Shown: one piece after another, positions 36,610-45,739 of the stretch
Layout: the number at the start of each line of letters is the position of its first letter
Numbering within the stretch: position 1 is the stretch's first letter
Origin: Rickettsiales bacterium
Lineage (GTDB): Bacteria; Pseudomonadota; Alphaproteobacteria; Rickettsiales; JABSSG01
Assembly (NCBI GenBank): GCA_047404135.1
Contig: JBDOIT010000002.1
Location: 294,320-358,319, forward strand
DNA: 64,000 nucleotides
Reading direction: 5' to 3'
The notes under the pieces: generated by a model
The model's database searches: none
What the model saw: only the letters and a program-made list of their open reading frames with translations
Told to the model about the DNA's origin: nothing
Program-made: the position numbers and the translations under genes

Positions 36610-36895
36610 CAAACCGCCCTTATGTAACAACAAATATCAAATCTATACTTAAGAGAATCATTAACGCATCTCAATTCATTAAACTTCGTAGCGGTATTTA
36701 AAAATTATTCACAAGACTGCATTAGATTGACGGATAATATTGGAATCAATACGGATTCAATACCTAATGAATATGATTCCAAAGAATGGTAAAATAAAAA
36801 AGACACAGTTTACGCAAAGGCAGTAAATAAGCTAATAGAAGAACTTGCACGATATTACTATTCATTACAAGGAAGCACAAAAACTAGCAAGAGTC

Positions 36896-37609
36896 TTAGA
36901 TAGATCCCCTGGAAAGCTCTGCAACATTTTTTGCATAGTCTGAGTTTTTTTCAGAGAATATATACGAACCAGATACCAAAATATTAGCACCAGCCTCAAC
37001 GCATAATTTCGCAGTATTTTTATCTATGCCCCCATCCACAGAGAGATCAATATCTTTTCCTGCTTTTTCTATGATGTCTCTAACTGCAGAAATCTTACTC
37101 AACTGAGAATACAAAAACTTTTGCCCTGCATATCCAGGATTTACGGTCATTATTAATACAAGATCTACTTCCGGGATTAAGTCTGCTATTGCACTTACCT
37201 TCGTTGACGGGACTATAGAAATACCGACCTTCACACCCATGCTCCTGATCTTCTTTATCAACTCCCTGCTATTCTTTGCTGCTTCATGATGGAATGTCAA
37301 GATATCAGCACCAGCATTCACAAAACTCTCTACATGATCCTCAACATTTTCTATCATCAAATGTATATCAAAAGGTAAACTGCTGTGATTTTTAAGATTA
37401 CTTATGACGGGGGAGCCTATTGTGATATTTTCTGTGAACTGCCCGTCCATTACATCGATGTGGATATAGTCCGCTCCAGAATTAGAAAGCTTCTGAACCT
37501 CCTCGCCAAGCCTTGAAAAATCTGCTGACAATATAGAAGGGGACACCTTCACTTTACTAGGTTCTGACATAAAGTTTGATTTAGTTTGGCTGCTAAGACT
37601 TGTTTTCAA
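36896..37609 (-). CDS. rpe: ribulose-phosphate 3-epimerase
   Basis: VSPSILSADFSRLGEEV, HIDVMDGQF, MTVNPGYAGQKF and VDGGI motifs. An alternative start at Met14 (37570) would remove the 17-nt overlap with the upstream gene. Confidence 0.93.
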   Translation of the reverse strand: MKTSLSSQTKSNFMSEPSKVKVSPSILSADFSRLGEEVQKLSNSGADYIHIDVMDGQFTENITIGSPVISNLKNHSSLPFDIHLMIENVEDHVESFVNAGADILTFHHEAAKNSRELIKKIRSMGVKVGISIVPSTKVSAIADLIPEVDLVLIMTVNPGYAGQKFLYSQLSKISAVRDIIEKAGKDIDLSVDGGIDKNTAKLCVEAGANILVSGSYIFSEKNSDYAKNVAELSRGSI

Positions 37610-37988
37610 TTTTCTTCTTCACTAACTCTACCATAGGGTGATCCGGCAATATAAAATCCTTTTCTTTATACTTACTGCATGCCTCTTTGTTTTTACCAGT
37701 CTCGATAAGATATATTATATCCAGCATTTTTTCTACTTTTTTCCTATAAAAATAGCCATCCAATACAGACTTCATACTGCTTGGAAGCCTTAAAATCCAT
37801 AACACAAAGGAAATTAAGAAAAGCAAAGATAATACAAAAAAGACAGCGAATACAAAAAACATCGCGATAGAACCAGAGACATAATAGTCATCACTAGTAA
37901 TCTCCACAATGCCAGATTCAGGTATAAACGCGTATACACCGAATAAAGCAAGAGCTATAACAATAACATAAGCTAATAATTTTAACAT
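37593..37988 (-). CDS. short HemY N-terminal-domain-like membrane protein
   Basis: MLKLLAYVIVIALALFGVYAF..(second TM)..LRLPSSMKSVLDGYFYRKKVEKMLDIIYLIETGKNKEA follows the HemY_N layout: two TM segments, a basic linker and a 'G-d-x-x-x-A' helix. It sits downstream of hemC-hemD. The ATG at 37988 overlaps the upstream stop (TAATG). Confidence 0.5.
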   Translation of the reverse strand: MLKLLAYVIVIALALFGVYAFIPESGIVEITSDDYYVSGSIAMFFVFAVFFVLSLLFLISFVLWILRLPSSMKSVLDGYFYRKKVEKMLDIIYLIETGKNKEACSKYKEKDFILPDHPMVELVKKKIENKS

Positions 37989-38797
37989 TACCCACACTCT
38001 TTATAAAATTGCTTACGATATCCATCAGAATGCATATATGAATTTACCCTTCTGATATCTTCCTGCGCAGCAATATATTGCGCTATATATAATAGCCACC
38101 CTTTAGACATATCATGATATACTCCTTCTATGCTATCTATCTCATGATACGCTTTTTTCAAGTTCTTTGCTTTCAGTGCATTGCTTGCTCTTTCCAAAGA
38201 AGCTTCAATTCCACCTGCATCAATCGCCTTACTGCCTCTCTTCTGCACAATCACAGATCTGAATAACACCCTACCAAAAAATGAGCTATCCATCTCTTCA
38301 GAATTTTTATTTTTTATCAGCTCTCTTCTTAAATATTTCAACCTCAATTGAGCTTCTACAATTGAATAAGATTCATTATACTCAAACAGCTTATGTAAGC
38401 TTTCTACAATATTTATGACTTTTTGATCACTGGAAGAAGTTAGCATGAGGGCATTCAAAGCAGAGAATGTTTTTACCCCTTCAACAAATGAAACATTCAA
38501 GCGGTTGAGTAAGGTTATATTATCAACATATCGCGCTTCATAACAATGACCTTTTTCTTGAACCGCATTAGCAATAACATCATTCTTAGCAGAATCTTGG
38601 TGTTCATAGTATTTTTTGAATATATATCTATCTATTTTATCTGGAATTAAACTTCCTGTATCTGCGCTAAGAAATGATCCCTTCATTTCAGAGCTCTGAA
38701 ATGAGAAATAGAAAGCCGCCATAGCAAAACAAATAAAAACCAGAATAATTACTACCCTGTTAAAGACGTATTTTTTAGAATTTTCATTATCAGACAT
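37988..38797 (-). CDS. Mic60/mitofilin-like (HemX-position) membrane protein
   Basis: A single N-terminal TM (VVIILVFICFAMAAFYFSF), a helical middle region, and a C-terminal segment LERASNALKAKNLKKAYHEIDSIEGVYHDMSKGWLLYIAQYIAAQEDIRRVNSYM that matches the pattern of the alphaproteobacterial mitofilin domain. It occupies the hemC-hemD-X-hemY position. Confidence 0.5.
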   Translation of the reverse strand: MSDNENSKKYVFNRVVIILVFICFAMAAFYFSFQSSEMKGSFLSADTGSLIPDKIDRYIFKKYYEHQDSAKNDVIANAVQEKGHCYEARYVDNITLLNRLNVSFVEGVKTFSALNALMLTSSSDQKVINIVESLHKLFEYNESYSIVEAQLRLKYLRRELIKNKNSEEMDSSFFGRVLFRSVIVQKRGSKAIDAGGIEASLERASNALKAKNLKKAYHEIDSIEGVYHDMSKGWLLYIAQYIAAQEDIRRVNSYMHSDGYRKQFYKECG

Positions 38798-39488
38798 AGA
38801 GAGTGTTAATTAATTCTATTAGCAATTTACTGTCCCCCTCAAAAGACTTTATATTAGTCTTCACCCTTGCACCTATAGATCGACTTAGCTTAGTGCTAAT
38901 TGTTAAAATTGTAGTCTCTTTTAAAAAATTTGCAATCTCGTATTTTGCACAAAGAGACAAAAAAACATTCGCTGTATTCTCTGAGAAAAATAATATGGTT
39001 TTAATCTCTCCCCTTTGTAACTTTTCTACTAAATCTTTAGAGAATCTCTTAGCTCCAATGACTCTGTAGCACACCATCTCATCACAAGATACTTCCTCTT
39101 TCAAGTCTTTAGTGATTGTTTCCCCTCTGAAATACAAAGATGCGCTACTTTCGCTTTCCAAAACTGCCGAGACTAACCCTTCAATATCGTTATGCGCATT
39201 ATGTATATCGTGAAACCCAATCTCTTCTAGAGCTGCTTTAGTGCTATCTCCTATAGCAAAGCATTTTTTATCTAAAAATTCTGAATAATCATACTGTTTT
39301 ACATAAGATACAGCATTTTTACTGGTAAAAATCAGGGAATCATATTGTAACAAATCTAGGTTTCTTGATTTCGCCTCAATAGAAACCTCTATCATTGGCT
39401 CTATCAAGATGGGGGCTTTCGTTCCCTGAAGCAATTCCTCTTTTAGAAATGCAGAATCTTCTCTAGATCTTGTAATTAAAACTGACAT
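38790..39488 (-). CDS. hemD: uroporphyrinogen-III synthase
   Basis: MSVLITRSREDS.., YDSLIFTSKNAV, FAIGDSTKAALEEIG and ILFFSENTANVF fit the HemD two-lobe pattern. Directly after hemC. Confidence 0.75.
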   Translation of the reverse strand: MSVLITRSREDSAFLKEELLQGTKAPILIEPMIEVSIEAKSRNLDLLQYDSLIFTSKNAVSYVKQYDYSEFLDKKCFAIGDSTKAALEEIGFHDIHNAHNDIEGLVSAVLESESSASLYFRGETITKDLKEEVSCDEMVCYRVIGAKRFSKDLVEKLQRGEIKTILFFSENTANVFLSLCAKYEIANFLKETTILTISTKLSRSIGARVKTNIKSFEGDSKLLIELINTLYV

Positions 39489-39491
39489 TGT

Positions 39492-40385
39492 CTATCCCAT
39501 CTTAGAAAGTAGCTTTTTCCCTATTTCAGCTCCCAATTCATACGCCCTGAAACATTCAGCTGTCCCCTCCTCTTTAAAGCAATTAGTTCCATACTCAGAA
39601 GCTAAAAAACAACGTAACCTTAATTTGCCTCCAACCAATTCTGCGATAGCTCCCATAGGGGTATTGCAGTTACCTTCTATAGATTCCAAAAAACCCCTCT
39701 CTGCTTCTGCCCTGAGATGAGTTTCTTTATGGTCTATTTTCAACAACAATTCAATCGCAGGCGTATTTTCTTCTAGAGCTTCTATTCCTATTATTCCCTG
39801 ACAAACTGCAGGGATTATTTTCTCAGGGTCCAAAACTTCATAATCAGATTTATAAACTCCCAACCTTTTGAGCCCTGCCATAGCAAGCAAAGTGCCATCG
39901 ACAACACCCTCCTCTACCTTCTTTAATCTTGAATCCACATTTCCGCGGAAAAATTCTATCTTTAGATCTGGTCTAAGATTATATATCTGAGCCCTGCGCC
40001 TTGGAGAAGAAGTTCCAATGATAGAGCCGCTATCTACTTCCATCAACCCTTTGCCATTTTTTGAAATAAAAAGATCCCTTGGATCTTCTCTTTCTAGCAC
40101 AGCAGCTAACTTTATTCCCTCTGGAGTAAACGCTGGAATATCTTTCATAGAATGAACGGCGATATCAATATTTTTTGCTAGAAGCTCTTCCTGAATTTCC
40201 TTTAAAAACAATCCCTTTCCACCTATCTTGGTAAGGTCTTTGTTTTTTTCTTTATCACCCGTTGTTTGAATAGGGACAATTTGCAAATCCAGGCTAGAAT
40301 TTAAAGATTTCAACTTCCGTTTCACTGTTTCCGCTTGAATAATTGCAAGCTTACTTTGACGAGTACCGATTCTAAGTTTCATCAA
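39492..40385 (-). CDS. hemC: porphobilinogen deaminase (hydroxymethylbilane synthase)
   Basis: LRIGTRQSKLAIIQAE, VHSMKDIP, IGTSSPRRRAQ, FRGNVDSRL and CNTPMGA (dipyrromethane Cys); 297 aa. Confidence 0.95.
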   Translation of the reverse strand: MMKLRIGTRQSKLAIIQAETVKRKLKSLNSSLDLQIVPIQTTGDKEKNKDLTKIGGKGLFLKEIQEELLAKNIDIAVHSMKDIPAFTPEGIKLAAVLEREDPRDLFISKNGKGLMEVDSGSIIGTSSPRRRAQIYNLRPDLKIEFFRGNVDSRLKKVEEGVVDGTLLAMAGLKRLGVYKSDYEVLDPEKIIPAVCQGIIGIEALEENTPAIELLLKIDHKETHLRAEAERGFLESIEGNCNTPMGAIAELVGGKLRLRCFLASEYGTNCFKEEGTAECFRAYELGAEIGKKLLSKMG

Positions 40386-41289
40386 TCACTTTGTTTTTAA
40401 ATATTAATGATGGGGACTCGCCAGTTAAAATCTGAGCCTCCAAATTAAATACCAATGGGTTGTTAAACTTACCGTGACCACAGTTTTCTATTGCAAATAC
40501 AGGAAAGGATACCGATTCTGCAAATCTATCAACTGTTTTCTTTATCAAATCATTTGGGTCTTTTGACATATCACCGAATATCAAACCTTTTACCTTACCA
40601 AACATGCCAGCCTGAGAAAGATGCACTAACATCCGATCTATTGCGTAAGCCTGCTCGCCCACTTCTTCAATGAACAATACTTTATCTTGAGTTTCTACTT
40701 GCCACATAGTACCCATACTACACTGCAAAAGACTCAAATTACCTCCTGTAATCTTAGAAGAAATATCACTAGAATCTTTTGCCACCTTATTTAAAGATTT
40801 TATTTGATATTCTATCTTAGTCCAATCACCAGAAAGTAATTTCTCTAGATTGTGGAATTCCTCTTCCTGCGTTTTATCCATAGCATTCTTAATCATTCTA
40901 CCATGTATAAATTCCCAATTATATTTATTCTCAAAATACAACCCAATGGCAGTAACATCACTACATCCAATTATAGTTTTTTTATGAGATGAGAAATCGT
41001 ACTCTTCTAACATCGGGATCAGCCTTGCAGCTCCATACCCCCCCCTGAACATCCATATGGTATCAGATTCAGAGTTCTGAAGTGCACTAAGTAAATTCTT
41101 AAATCTTATTTTATCACTATTTGCACAAAATAGATCTGCGTCCTTCTCTTGGAAATTTCTTGCCAACCTTGCCGTGTAACCTAAATCTTCAACAAATCTT
41201 CTAACATCTTCAGTAGTTATGCCAAGTTCTCCGCCTGATGTAGCAACAACGTCTATAATATCTCCTGTTTTTAAACAATCTATAGTCAT
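40372..41289 (-). CDS. ldcA: LD-carboxypeptidase (peptidase S66, LdcA-like)
   Basis: GDIIDVVATSGG, IWMFRGGYGAARLIPML, IIGCSDVTAI (nucleophile Ser region) and GHG near the C-terminus; 305 aa. Confidence 0.85.
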   Translation of the reverse strand: MTIDCLKTGDIIDVVATSGGELGITTEDVRRFVEDLGYTARLARNFQEKDADLFCANSDKIRFKNLLSALQNSESDTIWMFRGGYGAARLIPMLEEYDFSSHKKTIIGCSDVTAIGLYFENKYNWEFIHGRMIKNAMDKTQEEEFHNLEKLLSGDWTKIEYQIKSLNKVAKDSSDISSKITGGNLSLLQCSMGTMWQVETQDKVLFIEEVGEQAYAIDRMLVHLSQAGMFGKVKGLIFGDMSKDPNDLIKKTVDRFAESVSFPVFAIENCGHGKFNNPLVFNLEAQILTGESPSLIFKNKVIDET

Positions 41290-41292
41290 GGA

Positions 41293-42397
41293 TTATTCCT
41301 TCTTCAAACTATGTATTAAATTAGCAATTAGCATATCCCTTAAACTCCCACTCAGTATAGAGTCGGGATTGTTACTTTCAAAGAGACTTCTATGATCCTT
41401 CGCCATTTTATACGGGTGCAAAACATATGAGCGGATCTGATTCCCCCAGCCATTATCAGTTTTTTGTGCATTTTCTTGCTGCAATTGATCTTCTTTTTTA
41501 CGCAACTCAACCTCATACAATCTTGCTTTTAGCATCTCTTTTGCTTCTGCTCTGTTACGATGTTGAGATCTGTTATTTTGGCATTGCACTACTATCTTTG
41601 TTGGAATATGAGTAATACGTACAGCGCTGTCTGTTGTATTCACATGCTGCCCTCCTGAGCCAGATGCCTTATACGTATCGACCTTCAAATCGCCTTCATT
41701 GATTTCGATCTCGATATTGTCATCTACCGCCGGGTAAACCCATACACTTGCAAAGCTAGTCTGCCTTTTTCCCGCAGCATTAAATGGAGAAATTCGTACT
41801 AATCTATGCACTCCACTTTCTGTCTTTAGCCAACCGAAAGCATTATACCCAGAGATCTTCATAGTTACCGATTTAATACCCGCATCTTCTCCTGCGAGCT
41901 CATCTAATATTGTAAGTTTGAAGCCATTTTTATCTGCATACATAATGTACATTCTCTGCAGCATCTCTGCCCAGTCATGGCTTTCTGTGCCTCCAGCACC
42001 CGCATGAATCTCTAAAAAAGCCTCGCAAGAATCTGCCTCGCCTGAAAACAAGCAAGTGACCTCCAACTCTTGAACAGCTTTCTTAACAAGAGTAAGGTCT
42101 TTTTCCAGATCTTTCTGCATTTCTGGATCATCATCTGATACCATACTGGATAATTCTTTTGCGGTGGCAAAGTCACTTTCTATTTTTTCGAGATTCTTTA
42201 CTGATTTTTCGATCCCCGCCTGTTTTTGCAACAGACTTTGGGCGCGATCTTGGTCATCCCAAAGGTCACTTGCAGCTGTTTGTTTTTTTATTTCTTCTAA
42301 TTCTTTTTTTAAACCAGGTAGGTCAAAGAGAGCTCCGAAGCAAATTTAACTTAACTTCAATGTGATTAATTATATTATTCAAATCCATATTATTCAT
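41293..42397 (-). CDS. prfB: peptide chain release factor 2, requires programmed +1 frameshift
   Basis: Frame 0 (42397-42326) reads MNNMDLNNIINHIEVKLNLLRSSL then TGA. Shifting +1 at CTT TGA C gives DLPGLKKELEEIKKQTAASDLWDDQDRAQSLLQKQAG.. and runs into the listed ORF, which carries SPF and GGQHVNTTDSAVRITH (GGQ) motifs. Total about 367 aa, against 365 in E. coli. Confidence 0.93.
42322..42330 (-). promoter_or_regulatory. RF2 autoregulatory +1 frameshift site (CTT TGA C)
   Basis: The minus strand reads CGGAGCTCT CTT TGA CCT. This is the canonical CUU UGA C slippery/stop context, with a GGAG Shine-Dalgarno-like element a few nt upstream. Confidence 0.9.
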
Positions 42398-42473
42398 ATC
42401 CGCTATTTCCTTATTAGCTAATTTGCTGTATTTATAATAACACGTTTTTTTATTTTTTTAACAGAAATTTAAA

Positions 42474-44267
42474 ATGCATGATATAAGCAAAGTAAGAAAT
42501 TTTGCAATTATTGCTCATATTGACCATGGTAAATCCACTATTGCGGATAGGATAATAGAGCATTGTAATGCAATTGACCCCAGAGAAATGAAAGCTCAAT
42601 TGCTTGACTCTATGGACATCGAAAGAGAGAGGGGCATTACAATCAAATCCCAAACCGTGCGCTTGGTCTATCAAGCAAAAGATGGTGAAACTTACTATCT
42701 GAATTTAATGGACACACCAGGGCATGTAGATTTCTCATATGAAGTAAGTAGATCTTTAGCTGCTTGTGAAGCTTCTTTATTGATAGTTGATGCAAGCCAA
42801 GGAGTGGAGGCTCAGACTATTGCGAACGCATATCAAGCGATTGATAATGACCATGAAATTGTACCTGTGCTAAATAAGATAGACCTTCCCGCATCTGAGC
42901 CAGATAGAGTTAAGGATCAGATCGAAGATGTTTTAGGAATTGATAGCAGCAATGCCATATTGGTTTCTGCAAAAACCGGAGCTGGAATCCCAGATATTTT
43001 GGAAACTATTGTAAAAACTTGCCCTCCGCCAACAGGAGAGCTCTCAAAACCCTTATGCGCCCTATTGGTAGATGGATGGTACGATTCTTACCTAGGTATC
43101 GTAATCCTTGTTCGAATCAAAGAAGGTAAGCTAATTAAAGGCTCCAAAATAAAAATGGTATCTACAAATTCGATATATACAGTAGATACTGTAGGAGTCT
43201 TTACTCCCAAGAAAGAATATGTACATGAGTTAAAACCAGGCGAAATTGGGTTCTTCACCGCCTCTATCAAACAACTGGCAGATTGTAAAGTTGGAGATAC
43301 AGTAGTAGATCATAAAAATGCCAATCCCCGAATGTTACAAGGTTTTAAACCTAACCTGCCAGTAGTATTTTGTGGACTATACCCTATAGATGCCAGTGAT
43401 TTTGAAAAACTCAAAGACTCCTTAGGAAAATTAAAGCTAAATGACGCCAGTTTCGAGTTTGAAATGGAAAGCTCAACTGCGTTGGGATTAGGCTTTAGAT
43501 GCGGCTTCTTAGGTCTGCTGCATTTAGAAATCATTCAAGAAAGAATAGACAGAGAGTTTGGGCTGGAAATCATCACCACAGCACCAAGTGTGATCTATAA
43601 AGTCTATCTAAAAGACGGAACAGATTCAGAAATACACAACCCCGCAGGAATGCCTGAAGTTACAAAAATAGACCGCATAGAAGAACCGTGGATCAGAGCG
43701 ACTATGCTTGTACCAGGTGAATACATGGGAGCATTGATCGAGCTCTGTATAGAGAAAAGAGGAGAGCAACTCAATATTGAATATATCGGAAAGAGAGCCA
43801 TCCTTACATACAAGATCCCACTGAATGAAATAGTTTTAGACTTCTATGATAAGCTAAAATCTTGCACAAGAGGTTATGCAAGTTTTGATTGGTCCATGGA
43901 AGGATATCAAGAAGGAGAACTCGTTAAGCTAGCTATCTTAATAAACAATGTAGCCGTAGATGCCCTATCAATGATAGTTCCTAAAGAGCAGGCTGAATTT
44001 AAAGGAAGATCTCTATGTAAAAAATTAAAAGAACTTGTTCCACGTCAGATGTTCCAGATCGCAATCCAAGCTGCGATTGGCGGAAAAATTGTTGCACGTG
44101 AAACAATTAGTGCCTTGCGAAAAGATGTAACTGCTAAATGTTACGGTGGAGATATAAGCAGAAAAAGAAAGCTTTTAGACAAACAAAAAGCTGGTAAGAA
44201 AAAGATGAAATTCATAGGAAATGTAGAGATACCTAAGTCTACGTTCATAAAAGCTTTAAAAATATAA
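42474..44267 (+). CDS. lepA: translation elongation factor 4 (LepA)
   Basis: [19 protein letters not shown] (G1), DTPGHVDF (G3), NKID (G4) and a LepA-specific C-terminal domain; 597 aa. Confidence 0.98.
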   Translation: MHDISKVRNFAIIAHIDHGKSTIADRIIEHCNAIDPREMKAQLLDSMDIERERGITIKSQTVRLVYQAKDGETYYLNLMDTPGHVDFSYEVSRSLAACEASLLIVDASQGVEAQTIANAYQAIDNDHEIVPVLNKIDLPASEPDRVKDQIEDVLGIDSSNAILVSAKTGAGIPDILETIVKTCPPPTGELSKPLCALLVDGWYDSYLGIVILVRIKEGKLIKGSKIKMVSTNSIYTVDTVGVFTPKKEYVHELKPGEIGFFTASIKQLADCKVGDTVVDHKNANPRMLQGFKPNLPVVFCGLYPIDASDFEKLKDSLGKLKLNDASFEFEMESSTALGLGFRCGFLGLLHLEIIQERIDREFGLEIITTAPSVIYKVYLKDGTDSEIHNPAGMPEVTKIDRIEEPWIRATMLVPGEYMGALIELCIEKRGEQLNIEYIGKRAILTYKIPLNEIVLDFYDKLKSCTRGYASFDWSMEGYQEGELVKLAILINNVAVDALSMIVPKEQAEFKGRSLCKKLKELVPRQMFQIAIQAAIGGKIVARETISALRKDVTAKCYGGDISRKRKLLDKQKAGKKKMKFIGNVEIPKSTFIKALKI

Positions 44268-44317
44268 TTATTATTTTTATAATAATATATACACAAAGAG
44301 ATATTGAGAAAATAGCT

Positions 44318-44554
44318 ATGGATGATCTGCAAACAAAAAAAATCAAAATGATCGAGGCTTTCGCAAAGCTAGAGCAAATACTAGTTAGCACCAAGAAGCC
44401 TTCTGCAAATCTACAATTAGAAGCACAATATCAGTTGGCTAAGGAGAAAATTCGACTGCAAGACCAACAAATATTATCTCTTGAGAAAAAAACTAACGAT
44501 GCATTGACGGAGATAGATCTCTTAATAGAAAAACTGCAAAATAAAGGAGGTTAA
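44318..44554 (+). CDS. small coiled-coil protein, ZapA-associated (ZauP/DUF4164-like by position and composition)
   Basis: 78-aa heptad-rich ORF ending 2 nt before zapA. In Caulobacter the coiled-coil partner ZauP is encoded next to zapA. Confidence 0.5.
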   Translation: MDDLQTKKIKMIEAFAKLEQILVSTKKPSANLQLEAQYQLAKEKIRLQDQQILSLEKKTNDALTEIDLLIEKLQNKGG

Positions 44555-44556
44555 AA

Positions 44557-44868
44557 ATGGCTTTAGTAGAGATAACAATTGGCAAAGATACTCACCACCT
44601 AGCGTGTGAGAATGGTGAAGAAGTAAAATTAACGAACCTTGCAAATAGATTCAAAGACAAAATAGAGTCTCTTCATAGCTCCTTCCCTACGGCAAGCGAT
44701 AAAACTTTATATCTCATGGCAGGAATGATGCTGATTGATGAGATAGAAGAATCTTTCCCTAACCATGCGCAACAAGATAATGCCGCAACAAAAGAAGTGA
44801 TCGATGAAGTCACTTCAAAAGTCAAAAAATTAATAGAAAAATTAGATAATACCTGTGACGTGTCTTGA
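44557..44868 (+). CDS. zapA: cell division protein ZapA
   Basis: VEITIGKDTHHLACENGEE..L..LA.....I......SDKTLYLMAGMMLIDEI fits the ZapA family pattern; 103 aa. Confidence 0.85.
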   Translation: MALVEITIGKDTHHLACENGEEVKLTNLANRFKDKIESLHSSFPTASDKTLYLMAGMMLIDEIEESFPNHAQQDNAATKEVIDEVTSKVKKLIEKLDNTCDVS

Positions 44869-45727
44869 TCAAATCAGCCAATCTTCTAGCTTACATACTG
44901 CCCTCAAGAAGAACTCAGATGCTGTAGAAATAAGAATGAGGTCCTTATTGTCTCGAATGAAGGACAGCAAGTTAAAGGAGGCTGCCTTTTTCTCCTGCTT
45001 TGAGAATACAGGAAAAAAACTCAGGCCATCCTTATGCATAGAGTTTACCAAGCTTCTAAATGGATCCATTGACATTATTCTACCCATTGCAGCATCTATA
45101 GAGATCTGTCATACATATTCCCTAATACATGACGACCTCCCTGCTTTAGATAATGATGACGTAAGGAGAGGAAAGCAAAGCTGTCATAAAAAGTTTAATG
45201 AAGCCACGGCAATATTAGCCGGCGACACATTGCTCACTTATGCATTTGAAATATTATCTGGGTTGGAGAATATAACGCCAGAAAAAAAATGTATCCTGGT
45301 CTCAGAATTCGCAAAAGCAGTTGGACCGAATGGAATGCTTGCAGGTCAAATTGAAGATATAGAGTGCGGTTATTCTGAGAGTGACTTTAATAAAATGTTA
45401 AATATCCATAAACTCAAAACTGCAAAATTGATTGAGTTTTCTTGCCTTGCACCTACAGTCGTTTTTAATGCAGATGCGAAAACAACAACTGCCATAAGTA
45501 CTTTTGCATCGAACTTTGGCATCTTCTTCCAAATTGCTGATGATATTTCAGATTACAACAAAAACTCAAAAGAAGGATGTAATATCGTAAAAGCATTAGG
45601 CGCAAAAAAAAGCAAAGAAATGCTTCAAGACCTAGCTGAAAAATCAATATTATCTCTTGATATATTTGGTAATAGCGCTAGTATCCTAAAGTCCTTGGTA
45701 TTTCATACTGTAGATAGAATAAAATAA
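44855..45727 (+). CDS. ispA: (2E,6E)-farnesyl diphosphate synthase / polyprenyl synthetase
   Basis: First DDxxD motif LIHDDLPALDNDDVRRGK, second motif FQIADDISD; 290 aa; GTG start overlapping the zapA end. Confidence 0.9.
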   Translation: MTCLDQISQSSSLHTALKKNSDAVEIRMRSLLSRMKDSKLKEAAFFSCFENTGKKLRPSLCIEFTKLLNGSIDIILPIAASIEICHTYSLIHDDLPALDNDDVRRGKQSCHKKFNEATAILAGDTLLTYAFEILSGLENITPEKKCILVSEFAKAVGPNGMLAGQIEDIECGYSESDFNKMLNIHKLKTAKLIEFSCLAPTVVFNADAKTTTAISTFASNFGIFFQIADDISDYNKNSKEGCNIVKALGAKKSKEMLQDLAEKSILSLDIFGNSASILKSLVFHTVDRIK

Positions 45728-45739
45728 TCAAAAACTAAG

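Noticed and set aside
42159-42365. Two plus-strand ORFs (42159-42365 and 42164-42349) over the apparent gap upstream of the truncated prfB ORF.
   Set aside because: The region is fully explained by the prfB leader and the +1 frameshift on the minus strand.
44268-44317. An AT-only inverted repeat (ATTATTAT TTTT ATAATAAT) after lepA as a terminator.
   Set aside because: The stem consists solely of A:T pairs, so its predicted stability is negligible. It is typical AT-rich spacer sequence.
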